DNA of 64,000 bases from Hypanus sabinus (taxonomy: Eukaryota): positions 31,372,001 through 31,436,000 of the forward strand of contig NC_082735.1 in assembly GCF_030144855.1 (NCBI RefSeq). The letters run 5' to 3'. Both the position numbers and the translations under genes were made by a program. The notes under the pieces were generated by a model that was given only the letters and a program-made list of their open reading frames with translations, was not told the origin of the DNA and searched no databases. Shown one piece after another: positions 36,976 to 51,985 of the stretch (positions are counted from its first letter, which is position 1; each line of letters opens with the position of its first letter).

Positions 36976-38796
36976 GCTGTTGTGCTTGTGTACATTAGTG
37001 GAGAGAATGAATATTTAAACCAGTTGGTAAAGCTTCGGTCAAGTGGGCAGGTTTGTCCTAGATGGTGTCGAGCTTCTTGAGAATTATCATAAGAAATAAG
37101 AGCCAGAGTAGGCCATCATGTCTGTTCTGCCATTCAATAAGATCATGGCTGATCCTGCCAGGAGTCATCTCCACCTACCTGCCTTTTTCTCCATCACCCT
37201 TACTTCCCCTGCTATGTAAAAAATCCATCCAACCTTATCTTAAATTAGTTTACTGGGGTAGCCTCCACAGCTTCATTGGGCAGAGAATTCCACAGGTTCA
37301 CCACTCCCTGGGAAAAGCAGTTCCTCCTCATCTCCGTCCTAAATCTACTCTCCCAAATCGACTTTCCTGCCTTTTCTCTTTCATTCTTTACAGACAGAGC
37401 TGATCATGGTGTCAGCAAACTGAATGGCTTTTTGTGCTAAGAACATCCTGTTATTAATTTATTCAGGGTCTTTCATGCGATGCACAAAAGGATAAAGGGA
37501 ATGCTGATCAATCAATGAGCATTCTGAGTGTTTTGCTGTGGAATATTTGGTTAACTGAGGATTGTGAGTAATTTAAAGTGGAAAAGCTATTGATTTACAT
37601 TGAGTACTATATGTGTTCTTCAAAAATATAACATAATTAGGATTCCACCCATCATTGTAAACACTAATGCACTTAGGTTGTACACTGCATATATTCTCTG
37701 ATATTAAAATGAACCTTTGAACCTTTCTTGCCTGCCTTCATTGTAGCTTAAAGCTGATACCCTCTCAACTTTCCCAGTTGCAGACTGTAAATATTAACTT
37801 TCTCCCTCCTGGTCTACTGCCTGATATGCTGGATATTTCCTTTTTTTTTTGTTTTTATTTTAAATTCCAGCTCTTAAGAGCACAAAATAAGATTGCAGTT
37901 GTAGCTCAGCACCAAAAGAGGTAGAAAGTCATGTGGAAAGAATCCAGAATATGTAAAAAAAAAATGATGAGAGAAATAAATGGGTAAAAATATGGCGATG
38001 AATGAGATTGATTGGTTGAATTTCACCCTCTATTTTCCTACCTGATACCTACCAGCAAGTTTAAGTTTAATTGTCATTCAACCATACACAGGAATTCAGC
38101 CAAACAACAGCACTCCTCTGGTGTGCAAAGTGTGCAAAGCATAGTACCAACCGTCACATACAGTGCATATGGCACAAATAATTACAGCAGAAAAACATAG
38201 TTACCAAAAAAAAATAAAACAATAATAACATCTCCCAGTTCCCTGAGTGTCATGGCCTGTAGGCTAATGCATGTCTTCTCAAGGGCGATCACTAGAGGGC
38301 AGCACTGACAGGAGGGTCAAGCCCCCAACCCAGTATGGAGTCCAGCAGCACACAGCAGGCTTGGCCTGTCCTCCACAGGCAACCCCGAGGCAGCACGGGG
38401 TGCTTGTCTGCACGACAACTGAGAGATCAAGCTCTCCCGTGTCACCAGTGATACACTGTAGAGTAGGCCCTTCTAGCACTTTGAGACACCCCACCCCAGC
38501 AATCCCCAACATCTCCGGTTAACCCTAACATGTTCACGAGACAATTTACAATCACCAATTAGCCTACCCAGTGTGTTTTTGGACTGTAGGGTGGAGACCA
38601 GAGCACCTGGGGAAAACTCCACACACTCCAAGAGGGGAATGGTCAGAGACTTCTTACAGAACAGTGCTGGAATTGAACTTGAGAACACCACCAAGCTGTA
38701 ATAGCGTCACGCTAGCCACCTTGCCTACAGTGGCAGTCTCTCCTCATTCTTCTAAAACTAAAGTATTTGGATGTAGCCTACTGAAGTTGTTCTGAA

Positions 38797-39172
38797 TTTG
38801 TCATTTCAACCATAACTGCTGGTACAGTACATAGTAAAAATGAGACAATATTTTTTCAGGACCATCGTGTTACACGACACAGAACAAAAACTAGACTGAA
38901 CTACGTAAAAAAAACAACACAGAAAAAATAAACCACGCTAGACTGCAGACCTACCCAGGACTGCATAAAGTGCACAAAACAGTGCAGGCATCACAATAAA
39001 TAATAAACAAGACAATAGGACAGTAAGGTGTCAGTCCAGGCTCTGGGTATTGAGGAGTCTGATAGCTTGAGGGAAGAAACTATTACATAGTCTGGTCGTG
39101 AGAGCCCGAATGCTTCGGTGCCTTTTCCCAGACGGCAGGAGGGAGAAGAGTTCATATGAGGGGTGTGTGGTG
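38797..39172 (-). mobile_element. LINE 3' end, near-identical to the copy at 58770-59140
   Basis: HPSYELFSLLPSGKRHRSIRALTTRLCNSFFPQAIRLLN C-terminus plus a shared 3' UTR. Confidence 0.8.
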
Positions 39173-39246
39173 CTGTTAACTCCAATGTTATTAAATTCTT
39201 GCTTAAACTTTTCTTTTAAATTAAAGTCTAAGTATTGCACTTTTGA

Positions 39247-39387
<141 letters not shown>

Positions 39388-40686
39388 TGACGCCTGCAAC
39401 GTGATTGGTGTGACAAAGTTGATTTGGTCTGGAAGCTTCCCTGATCTCAGTCTCAGTGGTACAAGATAACTTGGTCACTGTTGCTTGGTTGATGTAGTCT
39501 AATTAAGATGCTCCTTTTCATGCAGTTGGCCTATTCAACAAGAACATCTCACAGTTGTATCACTTTCCAAGTCGTATTTCTTGTGGGCAAATCGCCTATT
39601 CAGTGTAATAGCATAGTTTGCTTACAAAAGTGCCCTTTTAATTTCAAGCTGATTTGTTTATTAGTTATGTGCCATGTCATATGACGTGGGCGATCATGGT
39701 CTTTCCGTGACCGTGATTGCTCTTGGCAAATTTTTCTGCAGAGGTGGATTGCCCTTGCCTCCTGGGCAGTGTCTTTATAAGCCGGGTGGGTGGCCTTAGC
39801 CTTTACCAGTAATCTTCAGAGATTGTCTGCCCAGTGTCACATAAACCGGGCTTGTGATATGCACCAGTTGCTCATGTGACCATCCACCACCTTCTCCCGT
39901 GGGTCACATGACTGATCCGGGACTAAATAGGTGCTGCACCACCTGCAGGCTAGCAGAGGAAAGGAGCGCCTTACATCTCATTTGGTCGAGTCGTTTCTTC
40001 ACCCCATCAAACTGATTGGTGCTTGTAATTTACATGAAGAATTGAAGTCTGGTTTTTGTTTGAATTAATGCCTGCTATATTTCTGTTAATATTGAATCCC
40101 TAAGTAAATGTACATTCTTCCCATCTTTACTCTTCAACAAGCACTGTGATGCCACCGATACTGAATTTGTCAGTATCAAGTTTCTGCAAGTTAACAAATT
40201 TCATGTGCATGCTGGTGGTAAAAAACCTGGTTCTGATTGATCTTGTAACTCCAGTAACCCAAGGTCAGTCTTGACTTCTGTTGCTTTCCATGTAGATTTT
40301 ATACATCCTTCTTGTAACTCAAGATGATAACACAATCTATGAGGGGTTTGAATTTGGGATGCTAACAGCCAAACCTAATCTCAGCCTGTACATAATTAGA
40401 TGGATTATGTGATCAGGAACTAAGGCTGATTATCCCAACCTCACAGACTGAATCGGATTGGTGTTCTTACTGCCTTGCCGTGCAGCACTTGCTGTCGTGG
40501 ATTGGAGACAGAGTTGGCAGGCATCTCATTTGGTGCCACTTGCTCTCGCTGACTTTGGCTGAATTATTTTTTGTGCCTTTTATCGGTTTAAAGAAAAATA
40601 TTTTGTATCCTTGAACTGTCAGACATTGATGTGATTAGGTGAAAATTAATTCTGTATTCGCTAACACCATTTTGGTGCCTTTGTAG

Positions 40687-40800
<114 letters not shown>

Positions 40801-41559
40801 TAAGTAGAGATCAATTTTAGCAATGTGATTTGTGTTTGTTTCCTGGACTTTGAATATATCACTGCCTCCAGTATTCCTGCCCTAAATCAGATTATTTGAA
40901 ACCTCATTGGCGATCGAGTCTTAGAAAAGTACTGCACAAAAACAAGCCCTTTGGCCCATCTACTTCATGATGAGCCATTGAAACTGCCTACTCCCATTGA
41001 CCGGTGCTTGGGCCATAACCCTTCATACTCCTACCAAACTTATCTTCAACATTGAAATCGGACTCGCATTGTGCTGGCTGCTTGTTCCACACTCTCAGTG
41101 ACTCTCTGAGTGAAGAAGTTTCACCTTGTGTTCCCCTTAATCTTTTTATCTTTCACCCTTAACCCATGGCCTCTAGTTGTAGTCCCACCCACTGGAAAAA
41201 GCCTATTTGCATTTACTTTGCAGATACCCCTTATAATTTTGCATACCTCTGTCAAATCTCCTCTCAATCTTCTACATTCCAAGAAATAAAGTCTCAACCT
41301 ATTAAATCTTTCCTTAGTTTTCCAGTTTTTAGAAATTCTCTGATGTCATTTTCTATGAGATTGTGGACTTTTTTTTAAATGGAAACTAAACAGAATATGG
41401 TTTACTTTGATTGTCATAATGATGCTCAAATATTTTACTTACTGTTATAACTGGGCTCATCTCCTGATACAGCTAAATGAAGCAGCTTTATAACTCTAAA
41501 TCAGCAGTTCATTGGAGATGTGTTTGAATTCATCATGAGCCCATCTCTTCCTTCTAAAA

Positions 41560-41617
41560 CAGGGCTTCCCATCACAGACCCCTCAGTTAATTACATAAAG
41601 AAGGTTGGGAACCCCTG
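41560..41617. mobile_element. hAT-like MITE (related copies at 26573-26622, 31575-31611, 52698-52776, 54657-54736)
   Basis: TIRs CAGGGCTTCCCA / TGGGAACCCCTG with a 7/8 matching 8-bp TSD (ttctaaaa/gtctaaaa). Confidence 0.7.
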
Positions 41618-42128
41618 GTCTAAAACTACGAGTCTTTGTTTCTTGTGTAACTTTGACCTCTGATTAATTTCAAGTCTTTCCTCTAAACGTCCTCGGACTC
41701 TTAAACCTTTCTGAAGTCTCATTGAGCTCTTCAGAGCATTATGTACATAGAATGTAGAACAGCATATCATGCTTTCCTCTGCACCTGCTCTAAATCTTCC
41801 ACTTCCTCCTTATAACGAAGTGAACACAATAATCCATGTAGTTCATGAATTACTTCTCAAACTGTTTCTCTTTGCTGTTTCTTTTGATGTAGTTTCTATT
41901 CAAACAGAACAGTTCCTGGGATTGCAGAAACTTTAGCTATTTCCTTTGTTCGCACAAAGTGGACGTTGAACTCTTTTCTTATCTGCTTAAAGGAAATAAA
42001 AACAGAAAGTGTTAGAATCATTCAGCAAGCCGTGTTTTTCTCCCCACTGATGCTCCCCGCTATATGTTTCTGGAACTTTCTGCAGTTGTTTCAGATTTTT
42101 TTTTTGTTTCATTTACAACAATAAATAG

Positions 42129-42446
<318 letters not shown>

Positions 42447-42650
42447 TAACATTCATTACTTATAACTTTACTAATAGAAAATCAATTAAGTAATGTTAAT
42501 CTTACTAAGAGAATCATTAAGGTAATGTCCATCTTTATATATTACTTGGAACTTTTCGGAAGATGACATTTTAAAGAAGTTGCTACCATTTATTTTAATA
42601 AAATAGATGTTTTTGTGGTAAATATGTTACCATACCCTCATGAGTAGTAA

Positions 42651-42953
<303 letters not shown>

Positions 42954-43861
42954 TAAGTTCATTGATTTCTCTTAACAACTTATCAGTGACTGAACCTCCA
43001 TCAATGCAAACATATTTATGCTGTTGACGGTATTATTCTTGAATACACGTCACCTTTTTTGATATTTAACATCTGTTGTGCCATATGGTCACTCTCCACC
43101 TCCCGCGATAACTGTCAAAATTCAGGTTTGTTAACTATACTGAGCAGGTGCAAGGACCTCTCTAATTAAATGTAGCAGTTCGCACAACACTATTATAGCT
43201 CGGGATGTTGGAGTTCCGAGATCAAGTCTGGCATCTTCTGTTAGGGGTTTGTTCTGCATGGATTTCCCGTCTGTGCTTACAGACATCTGTATAAGACGGC
43301 TGGTCTTCCAATGGGTCAATTGGTCATTGTGTAAGTTGAGCTGTGACTAGGCTTGGGTTAAATAGGCAGTTGCTGGGCAGTACAGCTTGTTGGGTTGAAA
43401 GGCTTGTTCCATGCTCTGTCTCTAAATAAATAATAACTCTTAGCCATTGATGTAACCGAAGCTTAATTGCATGTGACCTGAATTCTGAGGTTTGATGGCT
43501 AAGATCATTTTCTTGACTAGGCTTCAAACAGATCAAACTCCTGGTCAGAATTCTGATCATAATGTATGAAAAACAACCATGAGATGAAGAGTCCTTGAAA
43601 GTGAGTCCACAGGTTGTGGGAACGTTTCAATGATGGGTCAAGTGAAGTTATCCCCTTTGGTTCAAGAGACTGATGGCTGAGGGGTAATAACTGTTCCTGA
43701 ACCTGGTGGTGTGAGTCCACCGACTTTCCTGATGGCAGTGGTGAGAAGAGAGCATGGCCTGGGTGGTTGGTGTTCCTGATGATGGATGCTGCTTTCTTGC
43801 AACGTTTTGTGCAGACGTGCTCAGTGGTGAGCAGGGCTCTACCTGTGATAGGCTGGATCAT

Positions 43862-44840
43862 TTCAGAATCAGGTTTATTATCACTGGTATGTGATGTGAA
43901 ATTTGTTAACTTAGCAGCAGCAGTTCAATGCAATACATAATCTAGCAGAGACAGAAAAAAATGTAATAATAAATAAAATAAAACATAATAAATGAACAAG
44001 TAAATTACATGAATAGATTATTAAAAATGTGCAAAAACAGAAATACTGTATATTAAAGTGAGGTTGTGTCCAAAGCTTCAAAGTCCATTCAGGAATCTGA
44101 TAGCAGAGGGGAGGAAGCTGTTCCTGAATCACTCGATTCAGGCTTCTGTATCTCCGACCTGATGGTAACAATGAGAAACGGGCATGCCCTGGGTGTTGAA
44201 GGTCCTTAATAATGGATGCTGCCTTTCTGAGACACTGCTCCCTAAAGATGTCCTGTGCACTTTGTAGGTTAGTGCCCATGATGGAGCTGACTAGATTTAT
44301 AATTTTCTGCAGCTTCATTTGGTCCTGTGCAGTAGCCCCGTCATACCAGACCGCAATGCAACCTGTCAGAATGCTCTCCACGGTACAACTGTAGAAGTTT
44401 TTGAGTGTAATTGTTGACATGCCAAATCGCTTCAAACTCCTAATAAAGTATAGTTGCTGTCTTGCCTTCTTTATGACTACATCAATGTGTTGGGACCATG
44501 TTAGATCCTCAGAGATCTTGACACCCAGGAACTTGAAGCTGCTCACTCTTTCCACTTCTGATCCCTCTATGAGGACTGGTATGTGTTCCTTCGTCTTACC
44601 CTTCCTGAAGTCCACAATCAGTTCTTTTGTCTTACTGACGTTGAGAGCCAGGTTGTTGCTGTGGCACCATTCCACTAGTTGGCATATCTCACTCCTGTAC
44701 ACCCTCGAGTCACCACCTGAGGTTCTACCAACAATGGTTGCATCGTCAGCAAATTTGTAGATGGTATTTGAGCTATGCCTAGCCACACAGTCGTGTATAT
44801 AGAGATCAGAGCAATGGGCTTAACACACACCCCTGAGGGG
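43862..44840 (-). mobile_element. Rex1/Babar-type LINE, 5'-truncated, in a TMEM50A intron
   Basis: 291-aa ORF with YKFADD RT motif and the LYFIRSLKRFG...ESILTGCIAVWY region, followed by a 3' UTR ending AAACCTGATTCTGA. Confidence 0.9.
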
Positions 44841-46304
44841 GTGCAGGATTTTCCATTCCAGGACATTTGCTGTGATGCAGCCAGTCAATACACTCTGTAC
44901 TACACGTAGGTAGAAGTTTTTAAAAAGCTTTAAATGTCATGCCAAATTTTTGCAGGTTCCTAAGGAATTAGAAAGACTGCTGTGCTTTCTTCATAATTGC
45001 ACTTGCATGCTGGGCCCAGGGCAGATTCTCTGAAAAAATAATAACCACGATGGATTTAAAGTTGCAGACCCTCTGCACCTCTGATGTCCATTGAGAACTG
45101 GCTCATGGACCTCCAGTTTCCTCCTCCTCTTGAAGTCAAAAGCAGCTCCTTGGACTTGCTGACATTAAATAAGAGATTGTTGTTAAGTCGTTTATAGCAA
45201 GCTATATATTATTATTTTGTTTCCTATAGTGACTAGAGGTTCATAAAGCCATCACCTACATTGCTAAAGGTTAATTGCTTCTGGAGTTCCTTAAGTTTTA
45301 GAAAACATTCTGATGGAGCCTATGGTATTTATTGTTTGTTCCTTAAGTACAAGTACAGGACCTTCTTGAGAAACTCCTGCAGTGATGTTCTGAGTCCTGA
45401 CTGACTAACTTGTAGCCACCAAAGCCATCTTCCTTTGTGTGAGCTATGAACCCCATCTACAGGAGTGTAAACTCCTCCGTGACGACTGACGTCAATTTTG
45501 CCAGAGATCTTTGTTCTACTCTTTCAGTGCTATTCCTTAAAAATGCAACAGCATGTACTTCATCTGGAATTTGGTCCATGTTTGAATGAAGACTGTGCAG
45601 AGATCTGGAGCTAAGTGGTCTTTGCAGAATATTGGTGAGCAGGTTATTGCTGAGTAATTGCAGTCTTGTGGCTGCCAGTGACACCCCCCACTAGTGTAGA
45701 ACATCGAAAACCTACAGCACAATACGGGCCCTTTGGCCCACAAAGTTGTGCCAAACATGTTCTTACCTGAGAACTACCTAGGCTTACACATAGCCCTCTA
45801 TTTTCCTAAGTTACATGTACCTAATAGAAACATAGAATAACTGTTCCTGAACCTGGTGGTGTGGGTCCCGAGGCTTCTGTACTCCCACTCCCAACAGCAA
45901 CAGCGAGAAGAGAGCAAGTCCCAGATAACGGGGGCCCCTGATGCTGCTTTCCTGCGGCAATGCTCTGTGCAGATGTGCTCAATGATTCCTCTTATCTCGT
46001 TCTAAAGGGATGTTGTTGCATTACCGAATCTACTTGTTGCTGAACTGCTAAAACAGCAAAGAACCAACTACTTGGACAGGTTTGGAATCTCATATAGACT
46101 ACTAGGTTATTTTTAATGACAATCTGTAGTAACTGTGTCACTATCACCAATTTATTGTTATAAATACAAGATTTATGTACTGTCATGAATTGACTTTATT
46201 TCTTACATCCTTCACAAAAAAATCTTTACGTTACATCTCCGTCTGAATATGCAATTTATAGTAATTTTTTAATAAATAGTATGTGCAACAGGACAGCCAA
46301 TATA

Positions 46305-47905
46305 CAAACCCCATTTCCAGAAAACTTGGGATATTTTCCAAAATGCAATAAAAACAAAAATCTGTGATATGTTAATTTATGTGAACCTTTATTTAACTGA
46401 CAAAAGTACAAAGAAAAGATTTTCAATAGTTTTACTGACCAACTTAATTGTATTTTGTAAATATACACAAATTTAGAATTTGATGGCTGCAACACACTCA
46501 ACAAAAGTTGGGACAGAGGCATGTTTACCATTGTGTTACATCGCCTTTCCTTTTAATAACACTTTTTAATTGTTTTGGAACTGAGGATACTAATTGTAGT
46601 AGATTTGCAATTGGAAATTTTGTCCATTCTTGCCTGATATAAGACTTCAGCTGCTCAACAGTCCATGGTCTCCGTTGTCTGATTCTGCTCTTCATGATGT
46701 GCCATACATTTTCAATAGGAGATAGATCTGGACTGGCAGCAGCCCAGTCAACACACGCGCTCTGTGTCTACAAAGCCACGCTGTTGTAGCCCGTGCAGAA
46801 TGTGGTCTGGCATTGTCCTGCTGAAATAAGCCTGGACATCCTGGGAAGAGACGTCGCCTCGATGGCAACATATGTCTCTCTAAAATCCTAATATACGCCT
46901 CAGAGTCAATGGTACCCTCACATACATGCAACTCACCCATGCCGTGGGCACTGATGCACCCCCATACCATCACAGATGCTGGCTTTTGCACCTTTCGCTG
47001 ATAACAATCAGGATGGTTGTTTTCATCTTTGGCACGGAGGACTCGATGCCCATTTTTTCCGAAAACTAGCTGAAATGTGGACTGATCTGACGACAGCACA
47101 CGGTTCCACAGTCTTTTGGTCCGTCTGAGATGAGCTCGGGCCCAGAGAACTCGCCGGCGTTTCTGCATAGAGTTGATGTATAGCTTCCTCCTTGCGTAAT
47201 ACAGTTTCAAGTTGCACTTCTGGATGCATCGATGGACTGTGTTAAGTGACAATGGTTTTCCGAAGTACTCCCGAGCCCAGGTGGCTATAATTGTCACAGT
47301 AGTATGATGGTTTCTTAGGCAGTGCCGCCTGAGAACTCGAAGATCATGTGCATTCAGCAGTGGTTTCTGACCTTGCCCTTTACGCACCGAGATGTCTCCG
47401 AGTTCTCTGATTCTTTTCACAATATTATGTACTGTAGATGTTGAAAGACCTAAATTATCTGCGATCTTGCATTGGGAAATGTTCCTTTTGAACTGACTAA
47501 CAATTCTCTCACGAATTTTGGCAGAAAGGGGTGAGCCACAACCCATCCTTGCTTGCAAAGACTGAGCCTTTGATGGACACTACTTTTATACCCAGTCATT
47601 ATACCTCACCTGCTACCAATTAGTCTGCTTAATGTGGAGTCTTCCAAACCGGTGTAACTTGAATATTCTGTGCACTTTTCAATCTTATTTTAACTCTGTC
47701 CCAACTTTTGTTGAGTGTTGCAGCCATCAAATTCTAAATTTGTGTATATTTACAAAATACAATTAAGTTGGTCAGTAAAACTATTGAAAATCTTTTCTTT
47801 GTATTTTTATCAATTAAATAAGGGTTCACGTGAATTAACATATCACAGATTTTTGTTTTTATTGCATTTTGGAAAATATCCCAACTTTTCTGGAAATGGG
47901 GTTTG
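46305..47905 (-). mobile_element. Full-length Tc1-family transposon (1601 bp, DD34E), one frameshift
   Basis: TA|CAAACCCCATTTCCAGAAAA...TTTTCTGGAAATGGGGTTTG|TA with ~210-bp TIRs. Transposase has an HTH region, SDQSTF, VMVWGC, FQQDNARPH and, after a 1-nt shift near 46752, DW...SPDLSPIENVW to KGDVTQW*. Confidence 0.95.
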
Positions 47906-48473
47906 TAGCATAGAAATACAATTGTATCAACGTGAATTAATCAGTCTGATGGCCTGGTGGAAGAAGCTGTCCCGGAGCCTGTTGGTCCTGGCTTTTATGC
48001 TGCAGTACTGTTTCCCAGACGGTAGCAGCTGGAACAGTTTGTGGTTGGGATGTCTTGGGTCCCCAATAATCCTTCGAGCCCTTTTTACACATCTGTCGGT
48101 GTATATGTCCTGATAGGGGGATCCACAGATGCGTTGGGCCGTCCGCACCATACCAGGCAGTTATATAGATAGTCAGTTTGCTGCAAAGTTATGGCTTACT
48201 AAAGTGAGCTTGCTAAATATTTAAAAATCTTAAATAAAAACTCCAGTGCTTTTGAGAGATAAAGATGAATAGAATGAGACCACTGAATTGCTGTGTGGAA
48301 TTGGCATTGAATGGGCCAAAGCCGCAGCCTCCTGGTACTAGTGACTAGAGTATAAACAATGCTTTTGTTCAATTGAAGAGCTATATAAGTGGGTGTTCTG
48401 TACCATTTTCATCTGTTTTAATGCATTCAGTTGATTACATTTTTTATTAATTAAATAAATTTTCTTTCTTTAG

Positions 48474-48534
48474 GAAAGTCTGATGTTTACCCTGGTATAG
48501 CTGTTTTCTTCCAAAATGCATTTATCTTCTTTGG
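48474..48534 (+). CDS. TMEM50A: TMEM50A coding exon 5
   Basis: ctttag| acceptor, |gtaagt donor. Encodes (R)KSDVYPGIAVFFQNAFIFF(G). Confidence 0.96.
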
Positions 48535-48713
48535 GTAAGTAGAAAAGAAGAATGGAAGTCCATGGGGGACCTTTCCTCTCCTCCTCCTGCCCCCCCTCCC
48601 CCATGCAGCTTCCACAGGGGCCCCTTCCGAATTCTAAGTGCTTGAAATACACATTGACGTTTTCAATGATTACACACAAATGCTAACTTTTCACGATTCT
48701 GTTTTGCTCGCAG

Positions 48714-48759
48714 AGGTCTGGTCTTCAAGTTTGGGCGCACAGAGGATCTGTGGCAGTAA
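48714..48759 (+). CDS. TMEM50A: TMEM50A last coding exon
   Basis: ctcgcag| acceptor. Encodes GLVFKFGRTEDLWQ*, the recalled TMEM50A C-terminus. Joined CDS is 480 nt (159 aa). Confidence 0.96.
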
Positions 48760-49937
48760 ATGTCCAACAGATGCAGTACATTAGGACACTTTCATTATCC
48801 TGTAGCAGTCCTCCTACATTTGTTTGAATTTTCTTTATCACTAAGTTTACATGTCATAATGCTACAATTTACCCTTAAATTTGTCACTAGTATTTGACTT
48901 TGTAATGGATATATAGCTTGCTTTTAAAGGTGCACTATCAGAATGAATGATATAATTGAAATGTGAAGTTGGAACAGGATTCAGAATTATTGTAGATTGA
49001 AGCAGGGCGTGAATTTTTAATAAGGGATACAAGTTTCCTGGCAAAGCTTAAATGGTGAGTTGCAGCACGGTGCAAACTGGTTTTCATAGCAACCCTCTGC
49101 TACAATCTCTTAATATTTTCCTCAGCAGTCATTGTTCTTAATTTCTTATTGTCCATTACAGCATTGGCACTTAGGGCAGCAATGAAAGTCCTTGGAAATT
49201 GCACAGATGTAAAAGGATTCTTCATTGCTGTTTTACCAACAGCTTTGTTTGACTAAACAGGGTTGTTAGCCCTGCACTGAACCCCCAGACCTGGGGGACC
49301 GGTGGACCACTCTTAATCTGGCCTCTACCCTTTGACCTGCTTAGTGTGGGTGACCCGACCAAGAGCCAAAGCACAAGGCCCTGACTCTCGCCAGCAGAGC
49401 TCTCCAGGTCATTGAGGCACGCAAGCCTCCAAACGATATCGAGGTTGTGGTCCCCTTGGAGGATTGTTCCTAATAGTTCCATAGAAGTTGGTAGAGGTGT
49501 GACCATGGATATGTTACAAAGCTGCTTGACAGTTGGGAATGTCTGACGGAGCTGCTTTGCAATTTTGACTATATTGATTGGAGAGTAGGCCCCAGACTCA
49601 GTAAAATGGAGCTGAGCAGAGATGGTGGCAACCTAGTTAAGAATCAGACATGTCATGAAAGAAGCTGTTGTCCTACTTGCATTGGAATTTCTTGATTTAT
49701 CAGATGTCACGAGAAAACCATCATGAAGTGAGGTAGTTCCTATTTCTAACTGTTTCAAATTGGAGAGAGTTTCAGTTCTTCACAAAAGTTGGAGAAAACC
49801 CAAGGTCTGAACCTAGTTGTACCACATAATATTTTCCTCCTAATTTTTGGACTGGAAAACTACATTATGATATAAATGTCATTTTGTAACATCAGAGACT
49901 TCCAGGAAACTCCTGCCCAATGTATTTCAAATTCGAA

Positions 49938-50206
49938 GCAGCATGGTAGTGTAGTGGTTAGCGCTATACAGCAAAAACAACCCAAGTTCAATTCCCACCA
50001 CTGCCTGTAAGGAGTTTGTATGTTCTCCCCGTGATCTCATGAGTTTCCTCCAGGTGTGCGTTTTCTCCCATAGTCCAAAGATATACTAGTTTTTAGGTTA
50101 ATTGGTCATTGTAAATTGTCTTGTGATTAGATTAAAACTGGGGTTGCCAGCTGGTGTAGCTCGACAGGCAGGAAGACCCTATTCTGCGCTGTATCTCGAT
50201 AAATAA
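49938..50206 (+). mobile_element. tRNA-derived SINE (HE1/V-SINE-like); further copies near 12190, 26170(-), 38470(-), 43180, 50650, 58280(-), 61690, 63340(-)
   Basis: A-box-like GTAGTGTAGTGG and B-box GTTCAATTCC head, conserved core GTATGTTCTCCCCGTGA..GTTTCCTCC.GGTG..TCCCA.A.TCCAAAG, and a CTGTATCTC..TAAATAAA tail. Confidence 0.8.
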
Positions 50207-51614
50207 ATGCAAAAAAAGCTTCTGTATATAAAAAGATAACTAATTTGTTGCACCTTGCATGATGATCTAGTGCTTTGCCATGAAACATTTTTGCAATCCA
50301 GTCGCCATTGTAAGTTTATCCACTAATCATGATTCCATAAATACCAAGTGAAGATTTTGCATTTTTCAGCTTAAACTCTTATGTTGAAACTGTGGTGATG
50401 TGCTGATCACCTGCACCACATTTAATATTTCAAAGCTATCATGCTTTGTAGAGAATATTTAGATCTATCTCATTCTCCCCATTTTCAAATCGCTTAAATC
50501 CATTTATGAATTCAGTATAAAGCCAACAGCAATGAGAAATTTGGTTAAGTAACAATGCTTATTTGATTTGACAGATGTATTTGGTTTTCTATTACAGTCA
50601 TGTACACTCCTATTGTCTAAATTAATATTCTTGCCATTGATTATGAGGAGGTTGTATGTTCTCCCCGTGACTGTGTGGGTTTCCTCCGGGTGCTCCGGTT
50701 TCCTCCCACATTCCAAAGGCCCTACTGTTTAGTAGGTTAATTGGTCATTGTAAACGGTCCCGTAATTAGGCTGGGGTTAAGTCGAGGATTGCTGGGTGGT
50801 GAGACTTGAAGGACCAGAAGGACTGATTCTGCACTCTATCTCAAATAAATCAATAATAAATAGGCATTGAGGACAACACTGCAGATTGAATAAGCAGTAT
50901 TGACATCCTTCAAATGGATTAAGCAAGGTTTGCAAGTCCTGTGCACTGTTAGGTGTGATGGGAAGAAAGATTCTGTAACTACTTAGCAGGTGGGCGACAT
51001 CAGTGGCGACGGAAGTGAGACCAAATTTGAGCCCAGGGCCCCGTTTTGTTTCCTCTTTCGAGCACCTGCACTTTTTTCTTATGCTCCATTTATCTACGAT
51101 CCTGATTGCGCAGTGTGTAGAGAGCTGATTATTCATTTTGCTCTCCTCTTAAGTTTTACATTTTAAAAATTACGGCAAAAGATTAGCAATGCTGCTTTTT
51201 TTGTATATTCCTCTTCTGTACATAATTTAGTTTTGCACACAAATGCAATGCAGACTTAAGTTTAATGCAATGATCTTTCTACTGGCAAGTTATCATGAAA
51301 CTGACAAGTATTTTAATGACTTGCTACTTTGTGTAATTGATATTTAATTTGTGATGTATACATGCTATGTAACAGTTACTATTGTTAAAATCAGTTTAAT
51401 TAAAGCCAAATTTCAAAGCTCTGTGACTTGATATCTGTAATTAATGAGTTTGTCATTCCAGTTACTTTGAGAACATGCAATACTGTGCATCTGTCTTAGG
51501 CAAAAATTGTAAGCACACAGAGTACCTAAGACTTTTGCACAGTAAGTAGTAATTTTATGTATTACACTGTATTGCTGTTGCAAAAAAAAATCCCTAATTT
51601 TATGGCAAACAGTT

Positions 51615-51985
51615 ACAAGGAAAAGTTTGTGAACCTTTTGCAATTACCTGGTTTTCTGCATTAATTACTCATAAAATGTGGTCTGATCTTCATCTAAGTC
51701 ACAATGATAGACACAATCAGCCTAAACTAATAACACATTAACATTGTACTTCTCATGTCTTTATTGCACATATTGCTTAATCATTCACAGTCCAGGCTAG
51801 AAAAGTATGTGAGCTATTTAATAGCTGGTAGAATCTCATTTAGCACAGTAACCTCCACCAAATGTTTCCTGTAGCTGCTGATCAGACTTGCACAATGCTG
51901 AAGAGGAATTTTAGATAATTTCTCCATACAAAACTCATCAATATGTTCATCAATATTTCTGGGATACCTTACATGAACACCTTCA
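51615..51985 (-). mobile_element. Tc1-like terminal fragment
   Basis: AAAAGTTTGTGAACC TIR-like start. Minus-strand remnant FCMEKLSKIPLQHCASLISSYRKHLVEV resembles a Tc1 transposase C-terminus. Confidence 0.65.

Noticed and set aside
49938-50000. tRNA gene-like A/B boxes
   Set aside because: They are heads of a multi-copy SINE and do not form a cloverleaf.
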